64,000 nt of DNA, taken from the NCBI GenBank assembly GCA_033764955.1, contig JANRIL010000006.1, positions 1-64,000 on the forward strand, in the 5' to 3' direction. The notes below the pieces were generated by a model. That model saw only the letters and a program-made list of their open reading frames with translations. It was not told the DNA's origin and ran no database searches. The stretch comes from Cyanobacteriota bacterium. GTDB taxonomy: Bacteria > Cyanobacteriota > Cyanobacteriia > Thermostichales > Thermostichaceae. Within the stretch, counting starts at the first letter, position 1. Every line of letters begins with the position of its first letter. Shown piece after piece: positions 1-9,295 of the stretch. Made by a program: the position numbers and the translations under genes.

Positions 1-2
1 CG

Positions 3-176
3 GATGGAGGTATTGCCGAGATGATAGGCTGCTACCACTTTCTTTCGGAGGTCAAGGGAATAACGGCTCATGCTGTTGGAAAACTCAACCTCTCTAACCT
101 TAACTCATTCATGTTCTATGTAAATAACGAAAAAGCTGTAATTGCTCAAAAGGCTCGATCGACCATTGAATTTTAA
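3..176 (+). CDS. 3' end of a gene-cassette ORF truncated by the window start (hypothetical protein)
   Basis: Open frame from position 3 (DGGIAEMIG...STIEF) to TAA at 174-176, followed ~60 bp later by an attC site. Confidence 0.5.
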   Translation, partial: DGGIAEMIGCYHFLSEVKGITAHAVGKLNLSNLNSFMFYVNNEKAVIAQKARSTIEF

Positions 177-234
177 GTGTAGAAGCTTGAGGGATTAATG
201 TTATCTACAAAGAGTGTGATCGCTGTGAAGCGCA

Positions 235-320
235 GGCTAACACTGCGTTGGTACGAACGTTACACAGGTTATTTGTGCGAGTCCAAGGTTATCTGCCGTA
301 GCACAACTTCACCGTTAGCT
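235..320 (+). repeat. attC site 1 (86 bp)
   Basis: GGCTAAC (235-241) ... GTTAGCT (314-320), internal imperfect inverted repeat, shared AGGTTATCTGC motif. Confidence 0.85.
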
Positions 321-394
321 GGGTGAGGCGTTAGGGGGGCGTAGCTATTGATATACCTGTTATTCTTGTCAATCATTTAGAAGTGCTTACAAGG

Positions 395-403
395 TGCTAT
401 AGT
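395..403 (+). promoter_or_regulatory. Putative extended -10 promoter inside cassette 1
   Basis: TGcTATAGT 26 bp upstream of the ATG at 430. Confidence 0.4.
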
Positions 404-429
404 AGCCCAAAGCAACCTTCATCAAGTAG

Positions 430-963
430 ATGCCTGTGAACAAAGTTGCTGTATTTGGTAATGCTGGAGGCGGAAAGTCTACACTCAGCAAACGTTTAGC
501 AGAAATGACTGATTTGCCTATGATCGCTTTAGACCTTATGAAGTATAAACCTGGCGGTGGAGAAGTACCCTATGAAGAATATAAAGCAGCTCATGATCAA
601 CTCCTCCAGCAGGACCAATGGATCATTGATGGATATGGATCTTTGGATACAGTATGGGAACGACTAGAGGTTGCGGACACCTTAATCTACCTAGATTTGC
701 CACTTCTCCGGCATTATTGGTGGGTAACGAAGCGATTTTTGAAAGGCTTTTTGGTTCCACCAGAAAATTGGCCTGAGAATAGTCCACTCCTGAAGGGCAC
801 ACTGAACAGCTACTATACTGTTTGGCTGTGCCATAAGAAACTTACTCCAAAATATCGGGAGTATGTGCATAAAGCCAAGGAAAGCAAGCGAGTGTATCAT
901 CTTCAGTCGCTTAAACAGGTGAAAAAGTTTTGCCAAGCTATTGAACTAGAATTCAAAAAATGA
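430..963 (+). CDS. Adenylate-kinase-like P-loop protein (FlaR / topology modulation protein family), cassette 1
   Basis: N-terminal GNAGGGKST P-loop, LD, WIIDGY, ADTLIYLDLP motifs typical of the family. Confidence 0.8.
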   Translation: MPVNKVAVFGNAGGGKSTLSKRLAEMTDLPMIALDLMKYKPGGGEVPYEEYKAAHDQLLQQDQWIIDGYGSLDTVWERLEVADTLIYLDLPLLRHYWWVTKRFLKGFLVPPENWPENSPLLKGTLNSYYTVWLCHKKLTPKYREYVHKAKESKRVYHLQSLKQVKKFCQAIELEFKK

Positions 964-1067
964 AGGTTATTTGTGGTGACCCAAAATTTCAAACAGCGAT
1001 CTGCCATTCCAAATTTACCAAAGAGGTTGTCTATCAGATGAGATTAAGGGACAGTGGTGTGCTCTCC

Positions 1068-1154
1068 AGCTAACAACCCCAATGCACACCGACCGCCGAG
1101 AGTTGATCGGTTATAGTTCGAGGTTATCTGCGCCGAGTGATTGGGGCGTTAGAC
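1068..1154 (+). repeat. attC site 2 (87 bp)
   Basis: AGCTAAC ... GTTAGAC; L boxes CCCCAATgCAC / GTGATTGGGG with an extrahelical base. Confidence 0.92.
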
Positions 1155-1183
1155 CGATACCCCAAACCTTCAGCATATGTGAG

Positions 1184-2218
1184 CTACTTTAATTCTGGTT
1201 CCAGAGTTAGTTGAGAGTTGGGCAATAATAGTTCAGTACGACCAGCAATCTTTTGGGCTAGATCCTTGAAATCCCAGTACACTAGCTTTACAGCAGCAAT
1301 GTGAGCACCTATAGCTCCATCAGCCGGTTTAAGCTGGAAAATGGGTTTATGAGACTCTTGAGCCATTGGCATCAAACTTTGATAGTGCTTAAGTAACGCT
1401 AAACGATTTGGATCGGTTGATGGCGTTAAGGTGGTTTCGTTTGGTTCTTGAAGAACCTCAGCACCGTAGATGTGTGGGATTCGTTCAATCCATCTTTGAA
1501 ATGCTTTTACAGGACGGTCAAATCGAACACCGTGTTGGAGAATAACATAACCAACAGGTTGCATTTTCCCTTTTGGTAAAGCGAGATCTGAGACTGGGTT
1601 TTTGGGGATACGCTCCTGCCATTCCTCTCTCCAGCGTCTTAGGGTTGGACCAAGGTTCTTGAGTCCCTGTAATGAGAAGAGATCTGGTGAGAGAGGAACT
1701 ACAACGTAGTCTGAGGCAATCAGAGCCGCTCGGTTAATTGCTCCTAAGTTGGGTCCTAAATCAACCAAAACAACGTCAGCACTATTAATGGATGCTGCTT
1801 GACTCAATATTCGCCAAAAAGCCGAGATAACTCTGAATGCTCGCTCTTTGCGATCAAGGCAATCAGACCATTGGGAGGACAATTCATCTTCAAACCCAGA
1901 CAGTTGTAAATCACCAATTAAAAGACTTAATCCATCTTCTACTTTTTCTAAATTTGGAGTCGCAATATCACCAATGCCACTTAATAAGGGTTTGACGCAT
2001 CGAAAGACAGTATTAAAGCTATCAGCATTGCTCCCTTCCCAAACCTCTTCCAATCGATCTTCATCTAGGAAAGCCGCTGTTAGATTAGCTTGAGGATCTA
2101 AATCTGCTGCTATTACTTTTAACCCCAAATCAAAGTACATCCAAGCCAAATGATAGACAAGGGATGTTTTTCCAACTCCTCCCTTGTTATTGAAGAAAGC
2201 AATAATTGGTGCGGTCAT
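1184..2218 (-). CDS. ParA/MinD-family ATPase (cassette 2, inverted)
   Basis: Deviant Walker A NNKGGVGKTS, DLDPQANLT, VLVDLGPNLG, PDLFSLQG. Confidence 0.88.
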   Translation of the reverse strand: MTAPIIAFFNNKGGVGKTSLVYHLAWMYFDLGLKVIAADLDPQANLTAAFLDEDRLEEVWEGSNADSFNTVFRCVKPLLSGIGDIATPNLEKVEDGLSLLIGDLQLSGFEDELSSQWSDCLDRKERAFRVISAFWRILSQAASINSADVVLVDLGPNLGAINRAALIASDYVVVPLSPDLFSLQGLKNLGPTLRRWREEWQERIPKNPVSDLALPKGKMQPVGYVILQHGVRFDRPVKAFQRWIERIPHIYGAEVLQEPNETTLTPSTDPNRLALLKHYQSLMPMAQESHKPIFQLKPADGAIGAHIAAVKLVYWDFKDLAQKIAGRTELLLPNSQLTLEPELK

Positions 2219-3405
2219 GAGTGCTTCCTAATAACAACTGACATATATGAATCCTCAATGGCAAATTCTGCGGGAGGATTCCCATTTTTCTTCAATTCTT
2301 TTTGAGCGGTTGGAATTCCGATACCAAAGCGCTGAACATATCCCAGGTTTTTCATCGCTTCCGCCAAATGAGGATTTCGATAATCGGTAACACCCTGACC
2401 AAAATTTTGACGATTTACTTGTCCAAACAGTCCACCTGGACTTTGAATCTCAATTCGATCACTAAACCAATAAACCCGCACCGGAGCATTAGTTTCTTCA
2501 TAGGAACGGTGCATAACAGCATTTCGTACAAGCTGCTGTAACGCTACGATGGGATAGTCAGGCTGCTTTATTTCGAGAGGTTGCGCTGTAATATCAGAAG
2601 CTGTCGAAATATTGGCTTGTAGAACTTCATCTATATAGCGTAGTAAATCGATAAGAGAACCACTAATTTCTTTTTGATCTCGAATGGGATCGGTTAATTC
2701 AGTTCCGTCAAAGCGGACAAATTGAATATAAAATCCTGGAATAAACTGCCTAGGTTCTTTCCCAGCTACTAGAATACCTAAGCTAGTTGGACGCGAATCC
2801 GGTTCTGGAGTCGCAAATCTTAGTGAGATTAGCTTCTGTGTTAAAGATCGCTGATTTTCATCTAACACTTCTGGTGCTAATGCTGATGTCAAGTATTCGC
2901 GTTGAAAAATCTCTAAATTTAAATCATCAATAGAAGCGGAAATAAAAGGGCGCAAATCAAAAGGTAAGTCTCTTGCGCGTCTTTTTTCATTAAGGCGACG
3001 TTCTTCTTCAGGTGTTGCTGTTGCGCGTCTGGGTCCAACTCGAATATATGTCCGTCCATCGAATCTAACTGGAGGAGCATCTGATGGTTCCACAATAATA
3101 ACAGCTAATTCGCAATTACCTAAAACACGCTTATTAACCTGTAGCACTGGGAACGGCAAAATCTTTCCTTCAGAGCGTATACTGGAAAGGCTTAGAAGAA
3201 GCTCGTCTGTAATAGGCAGGGCAGCGCAGGTTCCATCATCGTTAACTCCCACAAAAAGAACTCCAGGCTTTTTGTGATTTGGCAGATCGTTGGCGAAAGC
3301 ACAAATTGCCTGTCTAATTTTTTTCCCGTCTGAGATTGACGCTTTACGCTCAACTCTATCAGATTCAAGATCACCTAAAAGTGCCTTCAGCTCTTGATCA
3401 TCCAT
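2215..3405 (-). CDS. Schlafen/AlbA_2 domain + HATPase_c_4 (RecG-C-like) protein (cassette 2, inverted)
   Basis: ESDRVERK, ICAFAN, GVLFVGVNDDG (AlbA_2); NAVMHRSY, IEIQSPGG, RNPHLA, GIGI (HATPase_c_4); ATGA overlap with the ParA gene. Confidence 0.85.
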   Translation of the reverse strand: MDDQELKALLGDLESDRVERKASISDGKKIRQAICAFANDLPNHKKPGVLFVGVNDDGTCAALPITDELLLSLSSIRSEGKILPFPVLQVNKRVLGNCELAVIIVEPSDAPPVRFDGRTYIRVGPRRATATPEEERRLNEKRRARDLPFDLRPFISASIDDLNLEIFQREYLTSALAPEVLDENQRSLTQKLISLRFATPEPDSRPTSLGILVAGKEPRQFIPGFYIQFVRFDGTELTDPIRDQKEISGSLIDLLRYIDEVLQANISTASDITAQPLEIKQPDYPIVALQQLVRNAVMHRSYEETNAPVRVYWFSDRIEIQSPGGLFGQVNRQNFGQGVTDYRNPHLAEAMKNLGYVQRFGIGIPTAQKELKKNGNPPAEFAIEDSYMSVVIRKHS

Positions 3406-3468
3406 GTATTAGTCTCTAAAGTCCTCCTTACTAATCATAATCATTAAGGCTAGAATTGCGATAAATCG

Positions 3469-3555
3469 GTCTAACAACCGCGCTGCACCGGAACGCCGCA
3501 AGATGTTGGTTGAGTTGCAAAGATTATCTGCGTCCGGCGAGCACGACCGTTATGC
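3469..3555 (+). repeat. attC site 3 (87 bp)
   Basis: GTCTAAC ... GTTATGC; GCTgCACCGGA / TCCGGCGAGC arms; shared AGATTATCTGC motif. Confidence 0.9.
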
Positions 3556-3571
3556 CGACCGGAGATCACTA

Positions 3572-3622
3572 ATGAAGGCAATTCGACTTGCTAATTTGTT
3601 GGGTGCCTTTATGTTTGGGTAG
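3572..3622 (+). pseudogene. Start of a truncated further cassette ORF (MKAIRLANLLGAFMFG*)
   Basis: GGAG RBS and ATG directly after the attC3 core; no matching GCATAAC inverse core seen downstream. Confidence 0.4.
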
Positions 3623-3927
3623 TCCTATGCAAGTAATGGTAGCGCCCCTAGAGTAATGATACTATTGCCTTAGATTTTTTCTATTTCTTATTTGAGCCAT
3701 GTTTACCTGCCCAAACTGTCATTCGTCTGGCAGGCATGGGAAAGCTGATACAGATCAGTCTATATTTGGTTGAGAAGGCCTCATTTAGGAACTGGTTTAC
3801 TAAGTGCAGTAATCGTGCTATTTAATTGTCGAATGGGCTCTATCTCTGATGCGTAATCGGGAGCTACTCCTCTCCAAATCTGACCCCATACTTCTTGAAC
3901 AAATTTATCGACGCATGAGGATAGGAA

Positions 3928-4866
3928 GTGAGTCCGTTCGATTCCGATACCGATCTACAGGATAGTCAGGCTGCCACTCTAAGGCATGGGACACCTCGTC
4001 AACAAAGTAGCTGGGATCCCTATCTTTTTTTAGCACCCGCTTTAGTTCTGTTTCTTATCTCTTCCTTTTGGCCGATTCTTCAGGCTATTTGCTTAAGCTT
4101 TACCAACTACGATATTTTGAATGTCCCCAGATGGGTTGGGCTAAAGAACTATGTTCAATTAATTGGGGATCCGCTATTTTGGAAAGCACTGGTCAACACA
4201 CTTTTCTATTTGGCTTGCGTTGTGCCATTTTTGGTGATTCTGCCATTGGGATTGGCTATTTTGGTGAATCAATCCTTGCCTGGAATACGCTGGTTTAGAG
4301 TGATTTATTATTTGCCCGTGATTTTTTCTGTGGTGATTGCAGGACTTGCCTGGAAGTGGATTTACGCCGAAAATGGCCTCTTAAATTATGTCCTATCAAG
4401 TTTATTATTTCACCCTATTCAAATTAACTGGTTAACCGATCCGCGATTTGCTTTGCCTGCCCTCGCCACCGTCACCATTTGGAAAGGATTGGGATATTAT
4501 ATGGTGATCTATTTATCAGGACTGCAAGGGATCCCTCAGCATCTCTACGAAGCTGCTGCTATGGATGGCGCTAACCCCTGGCAACAACATACGAAAATCA
4601 CCCTTCCTCTGATGGCTTCTTACATGATTTTGGTGATGATTTTGTCAGCCATTGCCGCCATGAAGGTGTTTGAAGAAGTCTATGTTATGACGAGAGGGGG
4701 GCCTGCCAACAGTACCCTTACGCTGGTCTATTACCTCTACGAACAAGGTATCAGCCGCCTCAACATGGGCTATGCTGCCGCTATGGGAGCGGTGCTATTT
4801 GCAATAACTCTCTGTTTATCACTGATAGGGGTAAAATTGCTCAATAGCCGAGGGATCAATGGTTAG
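3928..4866 (+). CDS. Carbohydrate ABC transporter permease (MalF/LacF-like)
   Basis: YLFLAPAL, multiple TM helices, EAA loop LYEAAAMDGA, VMTRGGP. Confidence 0.9.
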   Translation: MSPFDSDTDLQDSQAATLRHGTPRQQSSWDPYLFLAPALVLFLISSFWPILQAICLSFTNYDILNVPRWVGLKNYVQLIGDPLFWKALVNTLFYLACVVPFLVILPLGLAILVNQSLPGIRWFRVIYYLPVIFSVVIAGLAWKWIYAENGLLNYVLSSLLFHPIQINWLTDPRFALPALATVTIWKGLGYYMVIYLSGLQGIPQHLYEAAAMDGANPWQQHTKITLPLMASYMILVMILSAIAAMKVFEEVYVMTRGGPANSTLTLVYYLYEQGISRLNMGYAAAMGAVLFAITLCLSLIGVKLLNSRGING

Positions 4867-4954
4867 CCATGAGCTTGGGATCCGCCAATTTTTCTGGGAA
4901 TGGCCTAAAGATTTTTGGCTTTGACCACTCCTTTCTAATTAATTTTAACCACTT

Positions 4955-5698
4955 TTAATCAAGCGGTTCGAGGCGATAACGGCTTAACCAGCGATCCAGT
5001 TCGCCTTCCTCTTCATCCAGCAGTTGGGCATTGATCAGTCCCCGTTTGAAAGCCAAGCGAATGGCTCTAGCTCGCAGACTAAAAGTGGTGCCCCATTCAT
5101 CACTTTCAATCTGATCATTACTGACTTCTAGCTTGTCATAGAGATTTCGCAGGCGATTGGTTACTCCACGCCGAGACAAAAAACGCCGTGCAGCAATCGC
5201 TTGATCGGTCAGGCCAAGAGCAATATCCACCAACACTTCATATTCGGCATCGCTCAACCCTGTGATCTTATTTTGGGAACGAGAATCTACTCCTCTGACT
5301 TCTCGGTCGATCACACATTGCTCATCCTGAACAACCGCCTGAATGGCACTAATTAACTTTTCATCCGTACAATTTTTCAGCAAATAGCCATACACCGTCT
5401 GAGGAGGAACAATTTTGTGTAATTCCCTCACATAGACTTCATCCGCAAAATGAGACCAAAAAACGATGCGGGTGCTCGGACGTTCCGCCCAGATTTGTCG
5501 GGCTACCTCGATGCCCGTCATTTCTGGCATCCGAATATCCATCAGCAAAAAATTAGGCTCATGCTTACGGGAAAGCTCAAGAGCCTCATGCCCATTGGAC
5601 GCAACATAAACCGGGCCAAACTGGGGCAGGTGCTTGTCGAGCAGCCCTTGCACATATTGGCGGTAAAGAACATCATCTTCGGCTAAAAGGGTAGTCAC
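4955..5698 (-). CDS. NarL/LuxR-family response regulator
   Basis: AEDD, MDIRMPEMTG receiver, YGYLLK; C-terminal LSDAEYEVL..IALGLTDQAIA HTH. Confidence 0.85.
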   Translation of the reverse strand: MTTLLAEDDVLYRQYVQGLLDKHLPQFGPVYVASNGHEALELSRKHEPNFLLMDIRMPEMTGIEVARQIWAERPSTRIVFWSHFADEVYVRELHKIVPPQTVYGYLLKNCTDEKLISAIQAVVQDEQCVIDREVRGVDSRSQNKITGLSDAEYEVLVDIALGLTDQAIAARRFLSRRGVTNRLRNLYDKLEVSNDQIESDEWGTTFSLRARAIRLAFKRGLINAQLLDEEEGELDRWLSRYRLEPLD

Positions 5699-5872
5699 AC
5701 GCGGATCGTGGCAGAGTATTCTACTCTAGAGACTACGGAATAAGTGGGGAAATAAGCAAGACTCAAAAGAGCAGTTCAACCTAGCCAACCCACAGGATCA
5801 GGGTCAAAGCAGAGGAATCATTCCATCTGAGACTATAGCGGCCAAAAGCAGACACAAACTTTCCGTTCCCTT

Positions 5873-6736
5873 TTAGCTCTCTTTTCCCTTGTGTGGATCT
5901 ATCCAATCGGGACGGCTTTGCTGAGCTGAGGTGAGCAGGTCAGATAGGGATCCCCATTCCCCTTGTTCCAGGCAGGTGGTGAGGTATTGCAGGTGCGTCT
6001 GATAGTCACGCAGAGCCGCCAGTAGAGCGGGTTGATTATATTGAGCCATAGCCAGCCCCAATTCGGGATTGCCTCCCCCCACCCGACTGGTATCTCGAAA
6101 GCCACTGCTGGCTAGCTGCTGAGCCAGTTTTCTCCTCTCTTCTGGCATCCCCTGGGCACTGCTGAGCAAACAGGCGCTAAGCATGACGGGCAGGTGGCTA
6201 ATCTGGGCTACCGCGGCATCATGGGAGAAGGGATCACACACCACCAGACGGGATCCCAGATGGGAGATCAACCCTGCTAGGCAGTCCACCGCCGACGGTG
6301 GTGTAGTAGGGAGGGGGGTGAGCACATAGGCGCGATTCTGAAACAGATCCATCTGAGCGGCTTGGATCCCCTGCTGTTCTGTGCCCGCCATCGGATGTCC
6401 CCCCACAAAAAGCGGCCACAGTTGGCTAGCCAGGGGTACAATCGCCCCCTTCACGGACGCAACATCAGTGATCACCACCGACGGAAGCAAGATTTGGCTG
6501 AGTTGCTCAATCGTCGGCAATGTTAATCCAATCGGCGTACAAACAAACACGATATCCAGCGTGGGAATAGCCAGACTAAAAAGATCTGTACTCGCCTTAT
6601 GGACAACATGGCGAGCTTCCGCTTGCTGGCAGGTTTGCGGTTGTCGGCTAACTCCCCAGACCTGATGCCCCTGCCGCACAAACTCTAAACCCAGGGATCC
6701 GCCGATTAACCCTAGCCCCACAATGCCGATTTGCAT
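5873..6736 (-). CDS. tyrA: Prephenate/arogenate dehydrogenase
   Basis: GLGLIGGS, TDVASVK, GGHPMAG, HD..VAQISHLP, GFRDTSR. Confidence 0.92.
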   Translation of the reverse strand: MQIGIVGLGLIGGSLGLEFVRQGHQVWGVSRQPQTCQQAEARHVVHKASTDLFSLAIPTLDIVFVCTPIGLTLPTIEQLSQILLPSVVITDVASVKGAIVPLASQLWPLFVGGHPMAGTEQQGIQAAQMDLFQNRAYVLTPLPTTPPSAVDCLAGLISHLGSRLVVCDPFSHDAAVAQISHLPVMLSACLLSSAQGMPEERRKLAQQLASSGFRDTSRVGGGNPELGLAMAQYNQPALLAALRDYQTHLQYLTTCLEQGEWGSLSDLLTSAQQSRPDWIDPHKGKES

Positions 6737-6822
6737 ACTGCCCTTTCCTAAAAAACTAAACAGAGTCTAGGATCCCCCCTAGCCCCCTTGATTCCGGGAA
6801 GAACCGGATTCAATTCCTAATT

Positions 6823-7887
6823 TCATCCCCCTAATACATTCGTGACCTGAATTTCTCCCGCAATGATCTTGTTTTGAGTGTCCTCCAGTTTTTGCAAGAT
6901 CTCAGGGGGGATAAGTTGTCGCGTATATTTCATAGGACTGAGGCTCACCCCTCCCTCCTTCAACCCATAGTAGGTTCCCCCCGCCTTAAAGTTGCCATCC
7001 ACAACCTTCGAGACCTCCGCGAGGGTTACATTATCCAGCCGTTTCATCATGCTGGTCAACACATTTCCGGCAGCTAAATGATCTTGATCAGCATCCACCC
7101 CAATAGCCAACTTATTTTGATCTTTGGCAGCGCGAATCACTCCGTTACCCGTAAATCCAGCCACCGCAAAAACGATATCAGCTCCCTGCTCGTATTGCTC
7201 AATAGCCAACTGATAACCCACTTCGGGATTACTAAATCCACTAAAATCGGGCACCCGACTGACAAATGTTTCTCGCACCTGCACCGAGGGATCCGCATAA
7301 GCAACACCCTCTTGATAACCCTGATGAAAGGCTTTCACCACATCGATATCTACCCCGCCAATCACCCCTACTTTTTTGGTTTTTGACATCCAGGCAGCCA
7401 AGGCTCCTGCCAAAAAGGATCCCTCATGCTGACCATAGGAGGTATAGGCCACATTGGGCAAACCGGATAGCTCCACATCATTGATCAGAAATCGGATCGA
7501 TGGATACTTCTCGGCATATCGTTTCGTCAAATCTTGAAATTCAAATCCATTCACAACAATCAGGCTGGGTTTTTCTCGAATGAGGGCTTTCATGGCATTT
7601 TCACGGGCGGCCTCCTGATCGGTTGCCTTCGCTAATTCTTGAGGAATCACCAAAATTTGCGAACCATATTTGCGTTGGGCTTTTTGCAACCCTGCATAGG
7701 TCATGTCATTAAACGATAAATCTCCTAATCCCCCCGCTCCCATCAAAAAACCAACAATTAAGGAGGAACTTTCCTCCGCTTGGGAACAGGCCGCAATGGC
7801 GATGGATCCCCCTAGGAAGCTGGCCAGTTGGAGCAAAACAGCACGGCGAGAGTGGGGGTAAAAATAGAGGGATGAAAGACGTGACAT
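6823..7887 (-). CDS. BMP-family ABC substrate-binding lipoprotein (nucleoside-type)
   Basis: RR leader plus IAAC lipobox, GDLSFND, EGSFLAG, IGVDADQ, TSMMKRLD. Confidence 0.88.
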   Translation of the reverse strand: MSRLSSLYFYPHSRRAVLLQLASFLGGSIAIAACSQAEESSSLIVGFLMGAGGLGDLSFNDMTYAGLQKAQRKYGSQILVIPQELAKATDQEAARENAMKALIREKPSLIVVNGFEFQDLTKRYAEKYPSIRFLINDVELSGLPNVAYTSYGQHEGSFLAGALAAWMSKTKKVGVIGGVDIDVVKAFHQGYQEGVAYADPSVQVRETFVSRVPDFSGFSNPEVGYQLAIEQYEQGADIVFAVAGFTGNGVIRAAKDQNKLAIGVDADQDHLAAGNVLTSMMKRLDNVTLAEVSKVVDGNFKAGGTYYGLKEGGVSLSPMKYTRQLIPPEILQKLEDTQNKIIAGEIQVTNVLGG

Positions 7888-8061
7888 AGGACAATTTCCT
7901 CAGTGCAAAACAAGAGCGCAAAACAAGGAGAATATATCGAGATGATCAGTGGGATCCGTTGAGATCCTTAGGGTTTTGAGAAGAGCAGGGATCCCATCCA
8001 AATGATAGGTGGGCAAATGATAAAGTGCGATTAACTGACGACTAAATTCTGAAGGGATCTT

Positions 8062-8775
8062 GTGTTAACCTCTCGTCGATCGCAAGTGCGCTCCATTTTG
8101 CCGCCAGCCCTTTATCCATGGGTGCATCGTGGTCTCAAAATGTTGTTTCCGGATTGTCTCTGGGAAATTTCTCGTCAACAGATGCCGCAGGGGTGCCAAG
8201 GATATAGCCTGACCTTTGATGACGGTCCCCACCCCTACTACACCCCGCACCTTTTAGAAACCCTCGATCAATGGGGACTCAAGGCCAGTTTTTTTGTGCT
8301 GGGGGAGCGAGCTGCTCAATGGCCGGAGTGCATCCGAGCGATTGCCCAGGCGGGTCACCACATCGGGATGCACGGCTATCGCCACCAATCCTTTCCCAGC
8401 CTATCGCCGCCAGACTTGCAAGCCTCCCTCCACCAAACCCAGCAGATTCTGGCGGATGCCTGCCAGGGATCCCCAACCGACTTCCGCGATGTCCGTCCTC
8501 CCAACGGCTTGTTTCTGCCACAAACGTTAACCTATCTACGGGCTTGGCAGATGCGGACGGTGATGTGGAGCGTTGTGCCGGAAGACTGGCTGTTGCCTCC
8601 GGTAGAGGTGGTGGTAGAACGGATTTGTCAACAGATTTATCCGGGATCCCTGATTGTTTTACATGATGGACGTTATGGAGGTAGTCAGGTGGCGGCGACG
8701 GTGGCAGCGTTGGCTCCCCGCCTGCGGGATGATGGCTGGCAATGTCTACCTCTACCCGTGGATGACCGATTTTGA
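8062..8775 (+). CDS. Polysaccharide deacetylase (NodB family)
   Basis: LTFDDGP, HGYRH, RPPNG, IVLHDG. Confidence 0.9.
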   Translation: MLTSRRSQVRSILPPALYPWVHRGLKMLFPDCLWEISRQQMPQGCQGYSLTFDDGPHPYYTPHLLETLDQWGLKASFFVLGERAAQWPECIRAIAQAGHHIGMHGYRHQSFPSLSPPDLQASLHQTQQILADACQGSPTDFRDVRPPNGLFLPQTLTYLRAWQMRTVMWSVVPEDWLLPPVEVVVERICQQIYPGSLIVLHDGRYGGSQVAATVAALAPRLRDDGWQCLPLPVDDRF

Positions 8776-9246
8776 GGGTATCTCGGGTTGTTGCCAAAAA
8801 TCAGCGTTGAGGATGGCATCAATATCATCCTCGTAGGGCCAATCATCGGGAAATGAGTTGTTTTTATAGCTTTTGCGGACATTGCGTAGTGCCAAAGGAT
8901 AGGTGATATGGAAAGCTTCTTCCCAAAGAGACTTGAGGCTGGGTGAATCGATGAAAAGCAGCTCAAGCTCAGTTCTCTGGGCACTGATCGTATTTTCCCA
9001 GCCGTTATAACAATCTGGCCTGTTAACGTATATCCGTTTTAGTAGATGCTCTAACAAAACAGTGAGACGACTTTTGAGTTCTTTTTTCTCCGATTTCCCC
9101 AAGCTTTCCACTTCCTCGATCAGGTTTTTGATGTCTAGCTGACTAAAGTCCTCATTTTTTAGGTGGATGACTGTTGCTTGAGTCCACAGGAAAAAGTCGG
9201 TACTGTAGAGAGATTTTACTATTGTTTCAGTCATGGTTTCAGTCAT
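8752..9246 (-). CDS. DUF29 family protein
   Basis: LYSTDFFLW, LDIKNLIEEVESLGKSE, LLEHLLK, W..TI..QR, SPSLK. Confidence 0.88.
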   Translation of the reverse strand: MTETMTETIVKSLYSTDFFLWTQATVIHLKNEDFSQLDIKNLIEEVESLGKSEKKELKSRLTVLLEHLLKRIYVNRPDCYNGWENTISAQRTELELLFIDSPSLKSLWEEAFHITYPLALRNVRKSYKNNSFPDDWPYEDDIDAILNADFWQQPEIPSKSVIHG

Positions 9247-9295
9247 TGGATCCTTCTCCCTTGGGGTCGAGTCAGTCGTAAAACGCTGCCAAATT

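Larger units (their letters stand above)
235..3555 (+). mobile_element. Integron gene-cassette array (CALIN or distal end of a chromosomal integron); integrase not in window
   Basis: Three related attC sites; each cassette's 5' core site is the exact reverse complement of its own 3' inverse core; region is AT-richer and lacks host GGGATCCC repeats. Confidence 0.9.

Noticed and set aside
1184..2218. Plasmid or chromosome partition locus
   Set aside because: No ParB gene or parS/iteron repeats; the gene sits inside a cassette
235..3555. attC sites as CRISPR repeats or REP elements
   Set aside because: Separated by whole genes, only partly identical, and with R''/R' and L-box structure
6772..6810. 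Degenerate cyanobacterial CCCCCCTAGCCCCCTT-type intergenic repeat
   Set aside because: Single decayed copy with no intact complementary arm; cannot be supported further
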